DNA of 64,000 nt from Anaerolineales bacterium (lineage in GTDB: Bacteria > Chloroflexota > Anaerolineae > Anaerolineales > E44-bin32): contig DAOUEE010000198.1 of the NCBI GenBank assembly GCA_034430695.1, forward strand, positions 739-64,738, given 5' to 3'. The notes under the pieces were generated by a model that searched no databases, was not told where the DNA came from, and worked only from the letters and a program-made list of their open reading frames with translations. The position numbers and the translations under genes are program-made. This document shows positions 37,220 to 49,533 of the stretch, one piece after another; position 1 is the first letter of the stretch, and each line of letters starts with the position of its first letter.

Positions 37220-38956
37220 ATGAAGACTTCATTGCCTATCGAGATTTTACCCGAAGATGTCGCCTCCGCCATTGCCGCCGGGGAAGTAGTCGAACGGCCT
37301 GTTTCGGTCGTCAAGGAGTTGGTGGAAAATTCCCTCGATGCTTCTGCCAGTTCGATCGAAATCAAGGTGGAGCGCGGTGGAAGCGGCTTGATCGAAGTCT
37401 CCGATGACGGCGTCGGCATACCTCGTCGGGAAGTGCCGCTGGCGGTTTCCCGCTTCGCGACATCGAAGCTGCGCACCGCTGATGATCTGTTTGCCATTCG
37501 AACCCTCGGTTTCCGGGGTGAAGCATTGTCCTCCATCGGAGCAGTCTCGCGGCTCGAACTCGTGACGAGAGCGATCGGGGAGGATGCCGGAAGCCGGCTG
37601 GTCGTCGAAGGTGGGCAAGCGGGAGAGGTGCAGTTCGCAGGTGCACCCCGGGGCACGACTCTGCGGATCCGCGATCTGTTCTTCAACGTCCCTGCACGCA
37701 GGAAATTCCTCAAAACCGAAAATACGGAACGAAGGCGTATTTCCGCCCTGGTGACGCGCTACGCATTGGCCTATCCCGAGGTGCGCTTTAAACTCACGCA
37801 GGAGGGGCGGGAAACCTTCCAGAGTTCCGGAAAGGGAGATCGCAGGGAAATATTGGCGGCGATTTACGACGTGGAGAGAGCGAAAGAATTGATCGCTATT
37901 CCGGAAAACAGCGGCACGCCGTTCCAAATCCGGGGCTTTATAAGCCCGCCGTCGATCCATCGCGGGAATCGAAGGGAATTGACGTTTTTCGTCAATGGGC
38001 GCTGGGTGCAGGATGCCAGTCTCTCAGCCGCCGTGGTTCAGGCCTACCATGCACTGCTCATGGTCGGGCGTTACCCGATGGCGGCTCTTTTCCTCGATCT
38101 TCCACCCGAGACGGTCGATGTGAACGTGCACCCCGCCAAAGCGGAGGTACGTTTTCGGGAGCAGGATGTCGTTTTCTCGGTGCTCCAACGAGTCGTCCGG
38201 TCGACTTTATTGGGTCAAGCGCCGTCTCCTGCGCTCGGATTGGGAGTTTCAGCATCCGGCTCGTGGCAGGAATCGGATTCGGGGGTTCAGAGCGATTGGC
38301 AGCTGACGCGGCGGCTGGTAGACGCGCAGGATGTGGGCAGCGGAATCCGGCTTCAATCCGCACTGCCGGTGGGCAATTTGCCGCTGCTGCGAGCTGTAGG
38401 GCAAATCGGCGCCGCGTATCTCGTCGCTGAAGGCCCGGATGGGCTTTATCTGGTCGATCAGCACGCGGCACACGAACGCGTGTTGTTCGAAGCGTTGATG
38501 CAGGCGTACGAACAGGATCAGGTCGAGGTGCAAACCTTGCTTGAACCACTGGTGATGACCCTCAGCATCGAACAAAGTGACCTACTTGAAAATCAAACCG
38601 AAGTGCTGCAGCGGATTGGTTTCGACGTGGAACCGTTTGGGCAGCGGACGTACAGGCTGAGAGCAATTCCCGCGATGTTCGTTCGCGCCGATCCCGAACG
38701 GATTCTTCGATCCGTCGTGGAAGATTTCGAAGAAGATGAAACCCCCCTGGTGAAGGAAACGGAGGCGAGGTTGGCGGCACGAGCCTGCAAGCGCGCAGCG
38801 ATCAAGGCGGGCCAGGTTCTCTCAATGGAAGAGCAGCAAAAGCTGCTCCGCGATCTCGAAGGCTGTACTGCGCCACGCACCTGTCCACATGGCCGTCCAA
38901 CGATGATCCATCTATCCGTTGACGCGCTCGAGCGCCAGTTTGGCCGCAGAGGTTAA
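37220..38956 (+). CDS. mutL: DNA mismatch repair endonuclease MutL
   Basis: IAAGEVVERP...VKELVENSLDA, GFRGEAL; endonuclease motifs DQHAAHER, ACK and CPHGRP (MutH-independent type). Confidence 0.97.
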   Translation: MKTSLPIEILPEDVASAIAAGEVVERPVSVVKELVENSLDASASSIEIKVERGGSGLIEVSDDGVGIPRREVPLAVSRFATSKLRTADDLFAIRTLGFRGEALSSIGAVSRLELVTRAIGEDAGSRLVVEGGQAGEVQFAGAPRGTTLRIRDLFFNVPARRKFLKTENTERRRISALVTRYALAYPEVRFKLTQEGRETFQSSGKGDRREILAAIYDVERAKELIAIPENSGTPFQIRGFISPPSIHRGNRRELTFFVNGRWVQDASLSAAVVQAYHALLMVGRYPMAALFLDLPPETVDVNVHPAKAEVRFREQDVVFSVLQRVVRSTLLGQAPSPALGLGVSASGSWQESDSGVQSDWQLTRRLVDAQDVGSGIRLQSALPVGNLPLLRAVGQIGAAYLVAEGPDGLYLVDQHAAHERVLFEALMQAYEQDQVEVQTLLEPLVMTLSIEQSDLLENQTEVLQRIGFDVEPFGQRTYRLRAIPAMFVRADPERILRSVVEDFEEDETPLVKETEARLAARACKRAAIKAGQVLSMEEQQKLLRDLEGCTAPRTCPHGRPTMIHLSVDALERQFGRRG

Positions 38957-38986
38957 GCTTGAAGCGTAAGCGCTACGATCAGAAAT

Positions 38987-40204
38987 CTAGGGGATCGGCA
39001 ATCTCAGTCTGAAGGTGCTTCCCTTCCCCATTTTGCTTTCGACTTCGATATCTCCATGATGGTTACGGGCGATACGTCTGGCAATCACCAAGCCCAATCC
39101 CGTGCCTTTGATGTCCTTTTCTTGATCCGGTACACGGTAAAAACGTTCGAAAATGTGCGGCAGGCTTTCTTTCGGGATGCCGCAGCCGCTGTCTTCCACG
39201 GATAATACAAGCGTTCCGTCCTCACGCTGCAGGGATACCATCACGCTGCCGCCCGGGTCATTGTACTTGATTGCGTTGGTGAGTAGATTCAGCACCAATT
39301 GTTTTAATCGATTGCGATCTCCTTGAACCGGAGTGAGGCTGCGGTCGAAATCGGTTTTCAGCACAACTTTTTGCTCGTCGGCCTGAGGACGAACGATTTC
39401 CAGACATTCCACGATCAACCCTTCGAGGTGGACCGGTTCCCGTTCGAATTTCGCTCGACCGGATTCGAGTCGCGCCAGCTCCAAAAAATCGGTCGTCATA
39501 TCGTTCAGGCGCTGCACTTCGCCGAAAATGGTCTGGCTGAGCTTGGTGTTTTGCTCGGCGGGAAGATCCGGCCGCTGGAGGAGATGGGCGGCTGCAAGGA
39601 GCGAAGCGAGCGGTGTACGTAGCTCGTGAACCATTTCGGCGATCAGGTCGCTTTGTTGGAATAAACGCGTGTTCTCGATGGCAATCGCCGCCTGGGCGGC
39701 CAGTGAACGCAGGATGAGCTGGTCGTCTTCGACGAAGGTTCCCTGCTTTTTGTTGAGAACTTCGATCACCCCCATGGTTTTGTCCTTGGTTTGCAAAGGA
39801 ACGCCGAGGATCGAGCGGGTCAGGTAGTTCGTTTGCAGGTCGATGTCGGCGAAGAAGCGGGAATCGGTCTTCGTATCCTCAACGAGCAGAGGCTCCTGAT
39901 TCGAAAAAATCCAACCTGCAATGCTGTTGTCCGTTGGCACTGCTGAGCGGCTGAACCCTTCTTTCAATGGCCCCGTCGCCGCTTCGAAGTACAGGTGATT
40001 GGTCTGTGGATCGTACAACAAAATTGAAGATGCCTCACTGGTTGTCAATTCGCGGGCAACTTCGGCAATATGTTGAAGCAGCGTGCCTTGCTCGAGTGTG
40101 GAAACCAACTCTGAGCTTACGTCTAAAAGACGCGCGTAGCGTTTCAACAATCGGGGATAGTTGCGAATTGCCGATTCATCTTTCGCTGAACGTGATTTAC
40201 TCAT
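38987..40204 (-). CDS. Cytoplasmic GAF-domain sensor histidine kinase
   Basis: GAF (SILGVPL...GVIEVLNK), intact H-box HELRTPL, NLLTNAIKY, DSGCGI, GTGLGL. ATG at 40204 overlaps the sirtuin stop. Confidence 0.9.
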   Translation of the reverse strand: MSKSRSAKDESAIRNYPRLLKRYARLLDVSSELVSTLEQGTLLQHIAEVARELTTSEASSILLYDPQTNHLYFEAATGPLKEGFSRSAVPTDNSIAGWIFSNQEPLLVEDTKTDSRFFADIDLQTNYLTRSILGVPLQTKDKTMGVIEVLNKKQGTFVEDDQLILRSLAAQAAIAIENTRLFQQSDLIAEMVHELRTPLASLLAAAHLLQRPDLPAEQNTKLSQTIFGEVQRLNDMTTDFLELARLESGRAKFEREPVHLEGLIVECLEIVRPQADEQKVVLKTDFDRSLTPVQGDRNRLKQLVLNLLTNAIKYNDPGGSVMVSLQREDGTLVLSVEDSGCGIPKESLPHIFERFYRVPDQEKDIKGTGLGLVIARRIARNHHGDIEVESKMGKGSTFRLRLPIP

Positions 40205-40988
40205 GATTTTTACCCAATACTCCGTCTGCAAGATAAGGTAGAACGGTCTCCACATCGCCGTGAATAACGACATCCGCACGTTCGTCGAGGTAAGTAGGCG
40301 TGTGGTTGACGATGATCAGTTTCGCCCCGGCATTTAGCGCCGGGATCGGTAGCGTGGCTGCGGGTACAACCTGGAGCGACGAACCGGCGATGATCATCAA
40401 TTCGCACTTCGCCAGGAGTCTTTCTGCGGATCGCACGACTTCGTAGGGCAGTTGTTCTCCGAGGAGGACGGCATTGGGCTTCAGGACGCCACCACACTTC
40501 ACACAGCGCGGGACTTCTCCGCTTTGGATGAAGGCTTCCATGATGCCATCTGTATCGTAGACTTCGTAGCAGGAGACACATGTCGCTTGACGCAGATGCC
40601 CGTGAAGTTCAAGGATGACGTGTGATCCCGCTCGGTGATGAAGTGCGTCGATGTTCTGCGTGATGACACCGTCCAGATAACCGGCTTCCTCGAGGCGCGC
40701 CAAAGCAACGTGAGCGGGGTTTGGTGTGGCGTCCCGGATTTGTTGGGCCAGAGGATGGATCCACTCGTAAAATTTTTGGGGATTGTGACGAAATACCATC
40801 AGCGAAGCGACTTCCATCGGATCGTAGCGTTTCCACAAACCGGAATGGGCGGAACGGAAATCCGGAATCCCCGAGGGCGTCGATATCCCTGCTCCGGTAA
40901 GCGCAACGGTATGTTTTGAGTTTTTAAGAAGCGAAATCGCCCTTTGGAGGAGACTCTCGAGATCATCAAGCTTCACGACGCGGCTCAA
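40197..40988 (-). CDS. cobB: NAD-dependent protein deacylase (sirtuin)
   Basis: GAGISTPSGIPDFRS, TQNIDALH, ELHG, CVSC/CVKC zinc ribbon, GSSLQVVPAA. Confidence 0.93.
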   Translation of the reverse strand: MSRVVKLDDLESLLQRAISLLKNSKHTVALTGAGISTPSGIPDFRSAHSGLWKRYDPMEVASLMVFRHNPQKFYEWIHPLAQQIRDATPNPAHVALARLEEAGYLDGVITQNIDALHHRAGSHVILELHGHLRQATCVSCYEVYDTDGIMEAFIQSGEVPRCVKCGGVLKPNAVLLGEQLPYEVVRSAERLLAKCELMIIAGSSLQVVPAATLPIPALNAGAKLIIVNHTPTYLDERADVVIHGDVETVLPYLADGVLGKNHE

Positions 40989-42133
40989 CTCACGACACGT
41001 TTGAGGCGCTGGGAAAGAAACTTCGACAGCTTGCGTATCTGATCAGAGACGAGACTATCCGGGTGAGCAAGAAGCAGGGGCGTCGAACCGCTGGAAGCCT
41101 GGTAGGCCAAATCCGGTGCGGGGGAAACGATCCCGGCCAACTCGAGACCGATCTCGGTTTCAACCTGGCGCCAAGGAATTTGCATGCTCGAACGAACCCG
41201 GTTGATCAATGCGAGATAAATTTTATCGCGCTGGATCCCGTCGCTGGACAGTTCCTGAAGCAGCGATCTTCCCAGGATATTGGACGGAAAAACCGGTTCC
41301 ACCACGAGGATCAGGCAATCGCACATCTTCAATATCGGTTTGACGTACGGGCGCATCGAGCAGCCGAGGTCGAGTACGACGGTGGTGCACATCGAAGCCA
41401 GATTGGTGACGACCGCTTCCATCTGCGCTACGGATTGCTCCAGTTCCACGTTGTTTGGCGCGTGTGAGGCGACCAGCATGCGAATCCCCGAGGCGTGGCT
41501 GATGATTTCGCTCTCGACGGATCGCAAGTGGATGTCCTTCAGCGATCGATTCAGTAAATTGGAAAGGCCGGAGGCGTTCCCAATTCCAAGTTCGAGAGCG
41601 ACCGTTCCGTGACCGGGATTGAGTTCTGCAAAAATCACATCGTCGCCTTCTTGCTGCAGTGCAATGCTGGTGTTCAAGGTGAGCGTTGACGTCCCGATGC
41701 CGCCGCGTGCCCCCAAAAAGGCGATGGTTCTGGCTCTCTCGGGTTTGGCGATTTGGGTTTGAGTTGCTCGACCGAGAACGGCTTTGATGTGCGCCGTCAG
41801 TTCAGCCGGGTGGGTTGGTTTGGTCAAATAATCGTCGACGCCCGCCTCGAATCCGGCGACTTTATCGTCGACCATGGTCTTAGCAGTGAACATGATGATT
41901 GGGATGTGGGCCAGGGCAGGATCGGCTCGCAATCGACGTGTGACTTCATACCCATCCATGTCCGGCATCATGATGTCGAGCAGGATGAGCTGCGGTGTCT
42001 CTTCTTTGGCCCGCTCGATACCCAGAGTTCCGTTGCTCGCGACAACGATCTCGTAGCCGTGGCGTTCGAGCATCAAGCCAACGAGTTTTAGGGTATCGAC
42101 GTCATCATCGATGATGAGTATCTTTTCTGTCAT
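40985..42133 (-). CDS. Receiver plus CpaE/MinD-like ATPase-fold protein (second CpaE-like gene)
   Basis: Intact receiver (IIDDD, LLDIMMPDMDG, YLTKP); degenerate Walker A GARGGIGTST; VVLDLG; LINRV. Confidence 0.85.
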   Translation of the reverse strand: MTEKILIIDDDVDTLKLVGLMLERHGYEIVVASNGTLGIERAKEETPQLILLDIMMPDMDGYEVTRRLRADPALAHIPIIMFTAKTMVDDKVAGFEAGVDDYLTKPTHPAELTAHIKAVLGRATQTQIAKPERARTIAFLGARGGIGTSTLTLNTSIALQQEGDDVIFAELNPGHGTVALELGIGNASGLSNLLNRSLKDIHLRSVESEIISHASGIRMLVASHAPNNVELEQSVAQMEAVVTNLASMCTTVVLDLGCSMRPYVKPILKMCDCLILVVEPVFPSNILGRSLLQELSSDGIQRDKIYLALINRVRSSMQIPWRQVETEIGLELAGIVSPAPDLAYQASSGSTPLLLAHPDSLVSDQIRKLSKFLSQRLKRVVS

Positions 42134-42281
42134 TCCGGGCGCTCCATTTGGGATGATTTCCCGGTCGATGGCAGTCTAGCATAAAGCGATACGAGGGGCA
42201 AGAAGTGGACCGGGTCTCCGTTTGGAATCGCGAATCCACGATGCTATAATGCTCGAAGTCTTTATTTCCTCCGAGGCGCAG

Positions 42282-45200
42282 ATGTCCGTTGATTGGTGGG
42301 GTTTCGACCAGAGTCTGAATTTCAACTTTCCCTCATCAGCGCTCGGTTATCTGGCCGGTGGGACCGCGCTGGCATTGTTGATCGTATTCTACATCCGTTT
42401 TCCAGCGCATTTCCCGGCAACATCGAAGAAAAATAGGGAACGATTTTGGGTGCGTCTTCCTTTTCTGCTCATCGCTGCCCCCATCCTGAGCCTCACGTTC
42501 TTACTGCGGTTTCACGTACCGGGAACGGAAATGCTGGCCTTCGTTCCACAAGAATTGCGCGGACCTGCCGTGGCTGTCTTTGGTGCGATCCCCTGGCTGT
42601 TCGCCGGGGGAGTGTTGGGAATCCGTGAAGCGATCGTCGTCGGGGTTGTCGCCGGTGTGGCGCGCGCTGGTTTCGAAACGTTCAGTGTACTTACCCCCAT
42701 ATTTATGGGCTTGCAGGCAGGTATCGCCGCCTGGTTGATGCGGCGGGATGATGGCGGATTACAGGGGCGATTGCTTCGCAGCCCGTTCATCAGCGGCCTC
42801 GCCAGTGGTGCAGTGTATGCGCTACTTCGAGGCATCGGCATATTCGTCACGATACAAGGTGACTCGTATCGCAGGATAGATATCACTCTTTCCCTGCTCG
42901 GCCTGACGGCATTGGCCACGCTGATCGAAGTGACGATCGGCGGCGCATTTTGTGAACTGATAAAGCGCCAGGCGGCGAATATCTGGTATGTACCGAGACG
43001 AGATAAGACCCGGGGATTTGGTCAATCGCTGGCCGTGCGTTTAAGCGTAGTCCTGCTGTTTTCCGGTTTTATCGCCAGCAGCGTGATTTTGATGGGAGAT
43101 TGGGTCTCGGCAGATCAATCCGCACGGGAAATTCTCACCGAACACATGCAGCAGACCGCCAATCAGGCCAGCGGAATCATCCCCTTTTTCGTCCACACCG
43201 GTAGAGAATACAGCCGCCAGCTGGCGGACGATCTTGCCGTCCGTGTCGGTTCCGGCTCCTGGACGGAAGAACCGTTGGACGCGCTTCTTCGCGCTTATAC
43301 CTTTTTCGAAAGCCTGGCAGTGTACGACCGTGAACTCGGTCTGGAAGTCACCTATCCTGCAGCGACGGAGCCGCCGGGGTATTCCCAGGGCTTTCAGGCC
43401 AACTTGACTGCGGCGTTGAGGGGCGTACCGTCCGAGACGATCGAGTTCGGTTCTGCTGCGGGGACAGGTACCCGCATGGCATTCATCACGCCGGTTCTTC
43501 CTGATGAAAATGGCCAGGCGGTCGGAGTCGTGGTTGGCTGGTCTTCCCTCGAATCCAACCTCATCTTGACGCCATTGGTACAGAGTTTCGACCAGTTTTC
43601 ATACGGATCGGCGTTCGTCACCGACGAGCTGGGCGAAGTCCTGATTCACCCCGAAAGCGACCTGACAAATCGCCAGTTCAATCTTCGTCCTGAAACGAGC
43701 GGAACGGTAAGAATCGAATTTACACAAGACGGTACACGGCAGTTGGTCTACGTCGAACCGATCGAAGAGTACTCCTGGCACGTCGTCGTCATCGTACCGC
43801 TGCGCGAGGTCCATCGTCAGGCGCTCCAGATCACCTTGCGTCTCGGAAGCTGGCTGGTCGTGGTGGGGGTCGTTCTTCTCTGCGCGGTCTTTCTCATCAG
43901 TCATCGTTTGACTCGTCCCCTGCGGAAGATGGCTCAGGTGGCCCAGTCGATCGCGCGCGGAAATCTCGATCAGCCCGTGAAGGCAGACGGTGAGGATGAG
44001 ATTGGCCGCTTCGCTTCCTCGTTCGAGATGATGCGCCGCAGCCTGAAAGCCAGGCTGGACGAGATGGGACTGCTGCTTGACGTCAGTCAACGGCTTTCCA
44101 CCAGCTTCGACCTTACGGATATGCTGCAGCCGATACTGGACGGTATCCGGCAGATCGCCGCTGCCGATCACGTTCGTATCGCGCTGGCTGCTGCGTACGA
44201 TGAAGCCCGATTTACGGGCTTTTCCGCGGGCGACGATCCAGGCAACTGGGCGGCGTTGGACCCGCAGATTCTGGCGCTTTCAAGCCACAGAGGTCGTTTC
44301 GTGCTGGAGAATCCGACGCGCGCCGGTGCGGTTCTCGATCTCACAAATTTGAGCGAGCCGATCGAAACGCTGGCTGCCATGCCGATGAGACACGAGGATG
44401 AATTCGTCGGCGTTCTCTGGCTCGGTCATCGATCGCCTTACGTGATGACTCCGGATGCCCTCAACCTGCTGTCGATCCTATCCGACCAACTGGCAGTGGC
44501 GATAACCAAGGTTCGTTTGTATCAACGTGCGGAGCACGAGCGCATGCGTCTCGTTACCGTTCTGGAAGGCACGCCGGCGGCGGTGATGATGGTCGACTCT
44601 GTGGGCCGGGTTTCCCTTCTCAATCCTGCAGCCGCGAGTCTTTTCAGCGCCGGCGAGCGGGAAAGTCTCGGGAAACCCGTTGCGGATGTCGTCCAGAATC
44701 CGGATCTGCGTACGCTCCTGCTGGATGATGGAGTGACAGAACACGCGACGGAAATCGAAATGGATTCCGGGCGCATCATGTTTGCCTCGGTGACCGACAT
44801 ACGGTACGAGGATGGTGTTCCTGCCGGAAGGATCTGTGTTTTGTGGGACGTATCCCATTACAAAAAGCTCGACGCGTTGAAATCGGAGTTCGTTTCCACG
44901 GTCAGCCAGGACCTGCGTGCGCCGCTCACGTTGATGCGCGGGTATGCAACCATGCTGAGTATGGTCGGGGACGTAAACGAACAGCAGGAGGAGTTTTTAC
45001 AGAAGATACTCTCGAGCATCGACCACATGAGTAAGTTGGTCGACAACTTGCTGGATCTGGGCCGGATCGAGGCCGGCATGGGGTTGAACGTTTCGAGCAT
45101 CCGCATCGAGGCGTTGATCAAGGATGTGGTCGATGCCTACCGCCCCCAGGCGGTGAGCAAACGCGTCGCCATCGAGGTCGAATTGGTAGACGGAATGCAA

Positions 45201-45593
45201 CCCGTCGACGCCGATCCCGGGCTGCTGCGCCAGGCGATATCGAATCTGGTAGACAACGCGTTGAAGTATACGCCCGCGAACGGAAGAGTCGTCGTACGTG
45301 CGGAACAAAGCGAGGAAGATCAAATCATCTCCGTGGCGGATACCGGAGTTGGCATTGCGCCGGCCGATCAGGCACGCTTGTTCGAAAAGTTCTACCGCAC
45401 CAGCGCTACGGACGCGCTCCACGAGAAGGGGTTGGGGCTGGGCCTGGCGATCGTTAAATCGATCGTCGAGCAACACAACGGATGGATTCAGGTCGAGAGT
45501 AGACTCGGACAAGGGAGTACATTCACGATCAGCGTACCGCTGAAATCCGCCGGCGCCGGCGAGGGGAAGAGAACCACGATCAATTTCAGATGA
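42282..45593 (+). CDS. Large membrane sensor kinase (TM bundle, Cache-like, HAMP, GAF, PAS, HisKA, HATPase) with His-to-Gln in the H-box
   Basis: HAMP (LTRPLRKM...GNLDQPV...DEIG), PAS, H-box SQDLRAPL, intact N/G1/F/G2 boxes. Probable start 42282 after GAGG. Confidence 0.88.
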   Translation: MSVDWWGFDQSLNFNFPSSALGYLAGGTALALLIVFYIRFPAHFPATSKKNRERFWVRLPFLLIAAPILSLTFLLRFHVPGTEMLAFVPQELRGPAVAVFGAIPWLFAGGVLGIREAIVVGVVAGVARAGFETFSVLTPIFMGLQAGIAAWLMRRDDGGLQGRLLRSPFISGLASGAVYALLRGIGIFVTIQGDSYRRIDITLSLLGLTALATLIEVTIGGAFCELIKRQAANIWYVPRRDKTRGFGQSLAVRLSVVLLFSGFIASSVILMGDWVSADQSAREILTEHMQQTANQASGIIPFFVHTGREYSRQLADDLAVRVGSGSWTEEPLDALLRAYTFFESLAVYDRELGLEVTYPAATEPPGYSQGFQANLTAALRGVPSETIEFGSAAGTGTRMAFITPVLPDENGQAVGVVVGWSSLESNLILTPLVQSFDQFSYGSAFVTDELGEVLIHPESDLTNRQFNLRPETSGTVRIEFTQDGTRQLVYVEPIEEYSWHVVVIVPLREVHRQALQITLRLGSWLVVVGVVLLCAVFLISHRLTRPLRKMAQVAQSIARGNLDQPVKADGEDEIGRFASSFEMMRRSLKARLDEMGLLLDVSQRLSTSFDLTDMLQPILDGIRQIAAADHVRIALAAAYDEARFTGFSAGDDPGNWAALDPQILALSSHRGRFVLENPTRAGAVLDLTNLSEPIETLAAMPMRHEDEFVGVLWLGHRSPYVMTPDALNLLSILSDQLAVAITKVRLYQRAEHERMRLVTVLEGTPAAVMMVDSVGRVSLLNPAAASLFSAGERESLGKPVADVVQNPDLRTLLLDDGVTEHATEIEMDSGRIMFASVTDIRYEDGVPAGRICVLWDVSHYKKLDALKSEFVSTVSQDLRAPLTLMRGYATMLSMVGDVNEQQEEFLQKILSSIDHMSKLVDNLLDLGRIEAGMGLNVSSIRIEALIKDVVDAYRPQAVSKRVAIEVELVDGMQPVDADPGLLRQAISNLVDNALKYTPANGRVVVRAEQSEEDQIISVADTGVGIAPADQARLFEKFYRTSATDALHEKGLGLGLAIVKSIVEQHNGWIQVESRLGQGSTFTISVPLKSAGAGEGKRTTINFR

Positions 45594-45665
45594 CGTGCCT
45601 CCTGTATCGGACCCATACAATCCTGCTTGATTGGTTTCCACGGATCCTTATTACTGCGGTTTCTG

Positions 45666-45674
45666 TGCTATAAT
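45666..45674 (+). promoter_or_regulatory. Extended -10 of the valS leader
   Basis: TGCTATAAT ~25 nt before T-box stem I. Confidence 0.7.
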
Positions 45675-45696
45675 GTTGCCCACAAATCCATAAACG

Positions 45697-45962
45697 AACA
45701 CCGGGAGGAGTAAACGGCCAGGCGCTGGTAGAGAAGGAGCGGCCGCAGGCTGAAAGCCCCCACAGCAGCAACTGTTGAACGTCGCCCGGGATGAACGCCG
45801 AAGAAGACCTCATTGAGAGGTGAGTAGAACGGCGCGGGTAAGCCCGTTACAGCGGAACCCTGATGTTGGTCGGGGAGTGAGTGTGCCAGGCGAATTAGCC
45901 TGGTGAAGCGAGGTGGTACCGCGGAGGTCAAGTCCTTCGTCCTCGAGGACGAGGGGCTTTTT
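45697..45962 (+). ncRNA. Valine T-box riboswitch (transcriptional)
   Basis: Stem I AGTA...AGAGA...GCTGAAAG...GAAC-GTC-G (specifier GUC = Val at 45781-45783). Stem II S-turn; T-box AGGTGGTACCGCGG at 45911-45924; terminator CCTTCGTCCTCGAGGACGAGGGGCTTTTT. Confidence 0.93.
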
Positions 45963-46058
45963 GATTCGCTGTCGACGGACTCTTCGCAGGATCCGCCGTC
46001 GATCGAGGAGTCATCGGTCGGGCAAGTTGAACGGTGTGTAGCAGGAGGAACCAGGCAA

Positions 46059-48746
<2,688 letters not shown>

Positions 48747-48748
48747 AT

Positions 48749-49414
48749 TTGAACGGTACTGATCCTCCCGGGACGACGGGGTACGCGGTAGCGGAAAATG
48801 GCAAATGGCCCTCGCTGCCGGTGGCTGCCGTCGTCCCGGGATTGTTATTCATCCTCGTCGTCGACTTCGTCACGGTTTTGGGTGCAGGCCATCGCTTCGA
48901 CCCATATCTTCGTTCGTGGGTTTGGGTCGCCGCCGTTCTCCCATGGTTCACGCTGCTCCTCTTCCGGAAGACTCCGGCCGTCTATGGCTACAGGCGCAGG
49001 CGTGCGCTGGCGTTGTTAGGCTGGGGCATGGTGGCCGGCGCCGTGTGGCGCGGTTTGAGCCTCGGGTTCAACGTCTGGGTTCAGAACGATTGGACTCAAA
49101 TCGGATTGAACGGCACGCCGCTGATTGGATTGGTTTTCTGGATTCCATTTCTGGAGGAAACCTTTTTCCGCGGCTATATCGGCGGCGCGCTGTTGACGAA
49201 ATACGGTCGTTGGCCGGGCATCGTGACTCAGGCAGTGCTCTTCAGTTTTCACCCGGGGCATTGGAGCCAGGGCTGGCTGGACATCGTCAGCATCTTTGTT
49301 TTTGGGATCCTGTCTGGTTGGCTTTACGCTCGGTTCCGATCGATTTGGGCGCCCTGGGGGGCGCATGCCTTCGCAAACGTGCTGCCTTTACTGCTGCGCA
49401 CCTGGGTCGTGTAA
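48749..49414 (+). CDS. CPBP (CAAX/Abi) intramembrane glutamic endopeptidase
   Basis: EETFFRG, FSFH, WGAHAFAN; hydrophobic. Start uncertain; the 470-aa ORF call includes off-frame valS sequence. Confidence 0.8.
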   Translation: MNGTDPPGTTGYAVAENGKWPSLPVAAVVPGLLFILVVDFVTVLGAGHRFDPYLRSWVWVAAVLPWFTLLLFRKTPAVYGYRRRRALALLGWGMVAGAVWRGLSLGFNVWVQNDWTQIGLNGTPLIGLVFWIPFLEETFFRGYIGGALLTKYGRWPGIVTQAVLFSFHPGHWSQGWLDIVSIFVFGILSGWLYARFRSIWAPWGAHAFANVLPLLLRTWVV

Positions 49415-49533
49415 AGCTTGAAGATCTTCCTCGAACTATCTTCCCGTGAGTGATTTCTGACAGCTGCAATCTAGTTGCATGACTCAAAAGCAGCCCTTTT
49501 CGGGTGTGATATACTCTCGTTTTTGGAGGAGTG

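Noticed and set aside
45824-45826. GTA as the Val specifier
   Set aside because: It is the AGUA S-turn of stem II; the specifier position after GAAC in stem I is GTC at 45781-45783.
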